Shown one piece after another: positions 31,601-32,000 of a stretch of DNA of 32,000 bases. Where the stretch lies: NCBI GenBank assembly GCA_030147525.1, contig JASBVF010000008.1, forward strand, positions 58,357 to 90,356. Reading direction: 5' to 3'. The notes below the pieces were generated by a model. It was given only the letters and a program-made list of their open reading frames with translations. It was not told where the DNA came from and made no database searches. The DNA comes from Bacteroidota bacterium (GTDB lineage Bacteria; Bacteroidota; Bacteroidia; Chitinophagales; Saprospiraceae). The stretch's first letter is position 1, and every line of letters starts with the position of its first letter. Position numbers and translations under genes: made by a program.

Positions 31601-32000
31601 TAAAAAACAACTCGGCATTGTCGATGCAGGCCACCGCAGAGCAGGGCGCTTCCACCTCGAAGGTGAAGGTTTGCGAGCTGCCGGCAGCCAGGTTTCCCAG
31701 GTTGAACACAGGCCCCGTGGGATCGGACACGTTGCCCTCCGAGGCCCCGCTGACGGTGCCGGGGACATAAGCCAGCCCGCAGTCGTTGCCTGTGGAGGTG
31801 GTGAAATCCAGCGCGACCGTTGCGTTTTGAAGCGTTGCACCCGTGGGATTGCTGACGGTGATTTCAAAAGGCGCACTGCCGCAGACGAAAAATTCCGTGG
31901 GGTTCTGGTAGGTGATGGTTTGAGAAAAAAGGAGCTGAGTAAAAAATGTCAGTACACTTGTGAGGAGTAGCACCTGACGGAGAGAAGTAGAGGTAAGCAT
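25635..32000 (-). CDS. giant Cys-rich cell-surface, adhesin-like protein secreted by T9SS (type-B / gliding-motility-associated C-terminal domain)
   Basis: 2121 aa, complete: the ATG is at 32000-31998, exactly at the window edge. Signal MLTSTSLRQVLLLTSVLTFFTQLLFSQ. DUF11/CARDB-like beta-sandwich modules (FEITVSNPTGATLQNATVALDF, TIEIFNAELGALYDLTLTALLPPGMTV, FSIDVVNSGAQNEPPITVQFFLD). C-terminal Ig-like modules with C-x-G-x(4)-L-x-A...Y-x-W-x-P and GCDS motifs. T9SS CTD at the end. Confidence 0.9.
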   Translation of the reverse strand: MLTSTSLRQVLLLTSVLTFFTQLLFSQTITYQNPTEFFVCGSAPFEITVSNPTGATLQNATVALDFTTSTGNDCGLAYVPGTVSGASEGNVSDPTGPVFNLGNLAAGSSQTFTFEVEAPCSAVACIDNAELFFNEITLNWNGGSTTVTTDPYVVETALLVITNVTSTVMSGTKGDVLQRKITIRNTRPAALQGFLFTDVHQPGISISSMQGTDISSGNTFQLALGSSDFTSIGDGDGLFEFNESIVITENILIEDCGVDILSAASKITAGWGCGGEICQEVFVNAVVKIKPYTKVPNLVWEPITTVPECFCGPSPHQQGMKIRNTGNGRASQVTLYIQHGANEIDMASVRADSAGTLLDLDAITAFSTDLPAPCTGVDSVASQFFITIPAIGPGEIVTVYWDLYFCRQECQQPSVNWLYRYSYFKECPPDPFIQKNEYIPVLKTGKIMQLTVNQATPGPMQDDSLITMNYELVYDSLTLLDDEMVVQITLPCGMNWDDDNDLILNGQAPTGVTMEVQGNYFIVNATYQLPLNANTATMSFNFTWNCEDVCFNDQICQDSLETSCMAADTCQAPIIRLVPILVKTTILKCPSSPVSCNMQACFQRSLENECPYDSICINQPPGYVSYDFNAYRLNLGLPDGNNDQFADGPGTPNLNLIRRDRAIAGDTIRASFQGIVVNDMPANFPFGNIEVKFSATHLEAINAAAILEDGSGIQQAGTRLRIFDSSSGMYFQCGNLTPQITDDTRLIYTYDLSAAKLGGCVPANFTLSQGDSILFDADYRIQYNIKRQPNPDSDPLLGWLHVTPSAMVFDNDTTAYTPINCNCETKTIEVSGYETTILPGLFALPPCGPSGFVGGSLFRLELHQGNFFPYEHRNILTLLNSQMTFPASVQLLQTRLTFLRFQDGANILSNQMLTPTFANGVHTFDMTQFQNPPLDEGFSALFQYAFQNDCKNAGSLPLKLTSLLDFVPGIPTPSDPFELTVQSNALRSLIPNLAVSAPILDLVSFNNQLVFDFDFINFPTVVGSLTSGAAPNTWMYVTSPTGLVTNFQLINQETGATIPSVNGVFQLGSFPVDTIPFRLVGTNNSCEMENLQLHFGWNCTPFTSTVQTPCNGQVQPLTILSPPGELDLIVTSPPGCSDLCDTIPYHTIEIFNAELGALYDLTLTALLPPGMTVLPGSSQVEYPTGSGNFIPIGDPAVPVSGTAVWNLTTLVSAITGGLPGVSAAPNNSLKLRFLGENSCDFVANAYAVFIAAAEQNCGIASNTVAKPGDPLCIEGISQPYSTSVGVDALPGFTCNDEATFEVALTASQALPLGACAIVTLPPGVAYVPGSCSSACQPNFNCNPTQVGNTLTWQLPTGVAPNQIVCFSFKTSGWSGLGCETGVVLVRTANETQALCVATGDSCSTKVSTGALIFPFQIQRPKFSLENFMVSAAQSGATDQVNFSIDVVNSGAQNEPPITVQFFLDTDGNGTGDQLVHTENLVEIIANGQSVTASGSFEIPGGNLCHLIAVLDADAQCACSGDVAQVTFPIEYQTEQNLVVCSGETAAIGVTGMPGFSYQWTPAGCILDQNAAMTSFSCVNDTGEPLIYNFTLAEAGGGCEIKNLIEVTLQPQPGILFAESPICSGQTANLAATDGVSFSWTGPGVAPNQQVQSVTPAATSTYAVTVTDAEGCTGTDAVTIVVNPIPPVNAGTDTTFCPGQMAKLNAVTVPGYSYSWSPAAIGGLPALSNPNIANPVILTGQPTTFTLTVTDANGCKNSDVVVVSFSDSLELTVSPDVTICAGSSTTLTASGADFYLWSPGGDCQDPACSSIVVSPAATTTYTVVGSTVDDCLDTAFVTVTVVTDVIVTNGPPVEICEGETTVLFGEIVSQPGVYCDTVTLAGGCDSVHCVELLVKNAIDTTFFEDAICQGQSVDFQGETFTEPGLHCVTFPGGNGCDSTICLNLTVFDTALFELIVPDTVSPGDSVLLSIEPGAFDSILWFGGNITGLCTNSPACLDSLTESTEYFVTVVDANGCSSTVSQAVTVMLQCEPEKAELPNVFSPNNDGVNDVFTIVSPGAESVLNMRIWNRWGEKVYDGPGPWDGTQNGKPAGSDVYVYLIKVGCPVTVDSEEKVLKGDVTLLR
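25638..25898 (-). other. T9SS type-B C-terminal sorting domain (CHU_C / TIGR04131-like) of the giant protein
   Basis: Last 87 aa: LPNVFSPNNDGVNDVFTIVSPGAESVLNMRIWNRWGEKVYDGPGPWDGTQNGKPAGSDVYVYLIKV...GDVTLLR. This matches the PN.F.PNGDG.ND.F...I.NRWG..V....WDG......G.Y.Y....G.V.L.R pattern. Confidence 0.85.

Overview
The window looks like a chromosomal segment from a Bacteroidota genome. Supporting this are a SusC/SusD pair, a T9SS type-B C-terminal sorting domain, TAnnTTTG-type -7 boxes and lipoprotein glycosidases. I found no rRNA, tRNA, CRISPR array, integrase or transposase.

The left third (1-8386) is entirely on the minus strand:
- a truncated GH3-family gene that is missing from the ORF track
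- a translationally coupled RelE/ParE toxin plus antitoxin pair
- a TonB-dependent receptor
- an orphan sensor histidine kinase
- a CBS-pair protein
- a TM2-TPR-SHOCT membrane protein
- a GAF-SpoIIE/PP2C phosphatase

Next, on the plus strand, come an alpha/beta hydrolase and a sugar-phosphate nucleotidyltransferase. The nucleotidyltransferase is frameshifted exactly at a 3-copy tandem octamer, CCAATTCA.

The core of the window (10232-25618, plus strand) is a polysaccharide-utilisation-type locus, closed by a 36-bp perfect-palindrome terminator. In order it encodes:
- a TPR-TM-LuxR regulator
- SusC and SusD
- a YgjK/GH63-like lipoprotein glycosidase
- a 1011-aa fusion of a hydroxylysine-kinase-like APH domain, an M23 peptidase domain and an AGXT2L-type phospho-lyase domain
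- a LacZ-type GH2 beta-galactosidase

My main hypothesis is that this locus imports and catabolises glycosylated hydroxylysine, that is collagen-type Glc-alpha1,2-Gal-beta-O-Hyl glycopeptides. This is inference from domain content and has not been verified.

The right end (25635-32000, minus strand) is a complete 2121-aa Cys-rich T9SS-secreted adhesin-like protein. Many long ORFs in the supplied track are antisense shadows of these GC-rich genes and were rejected.
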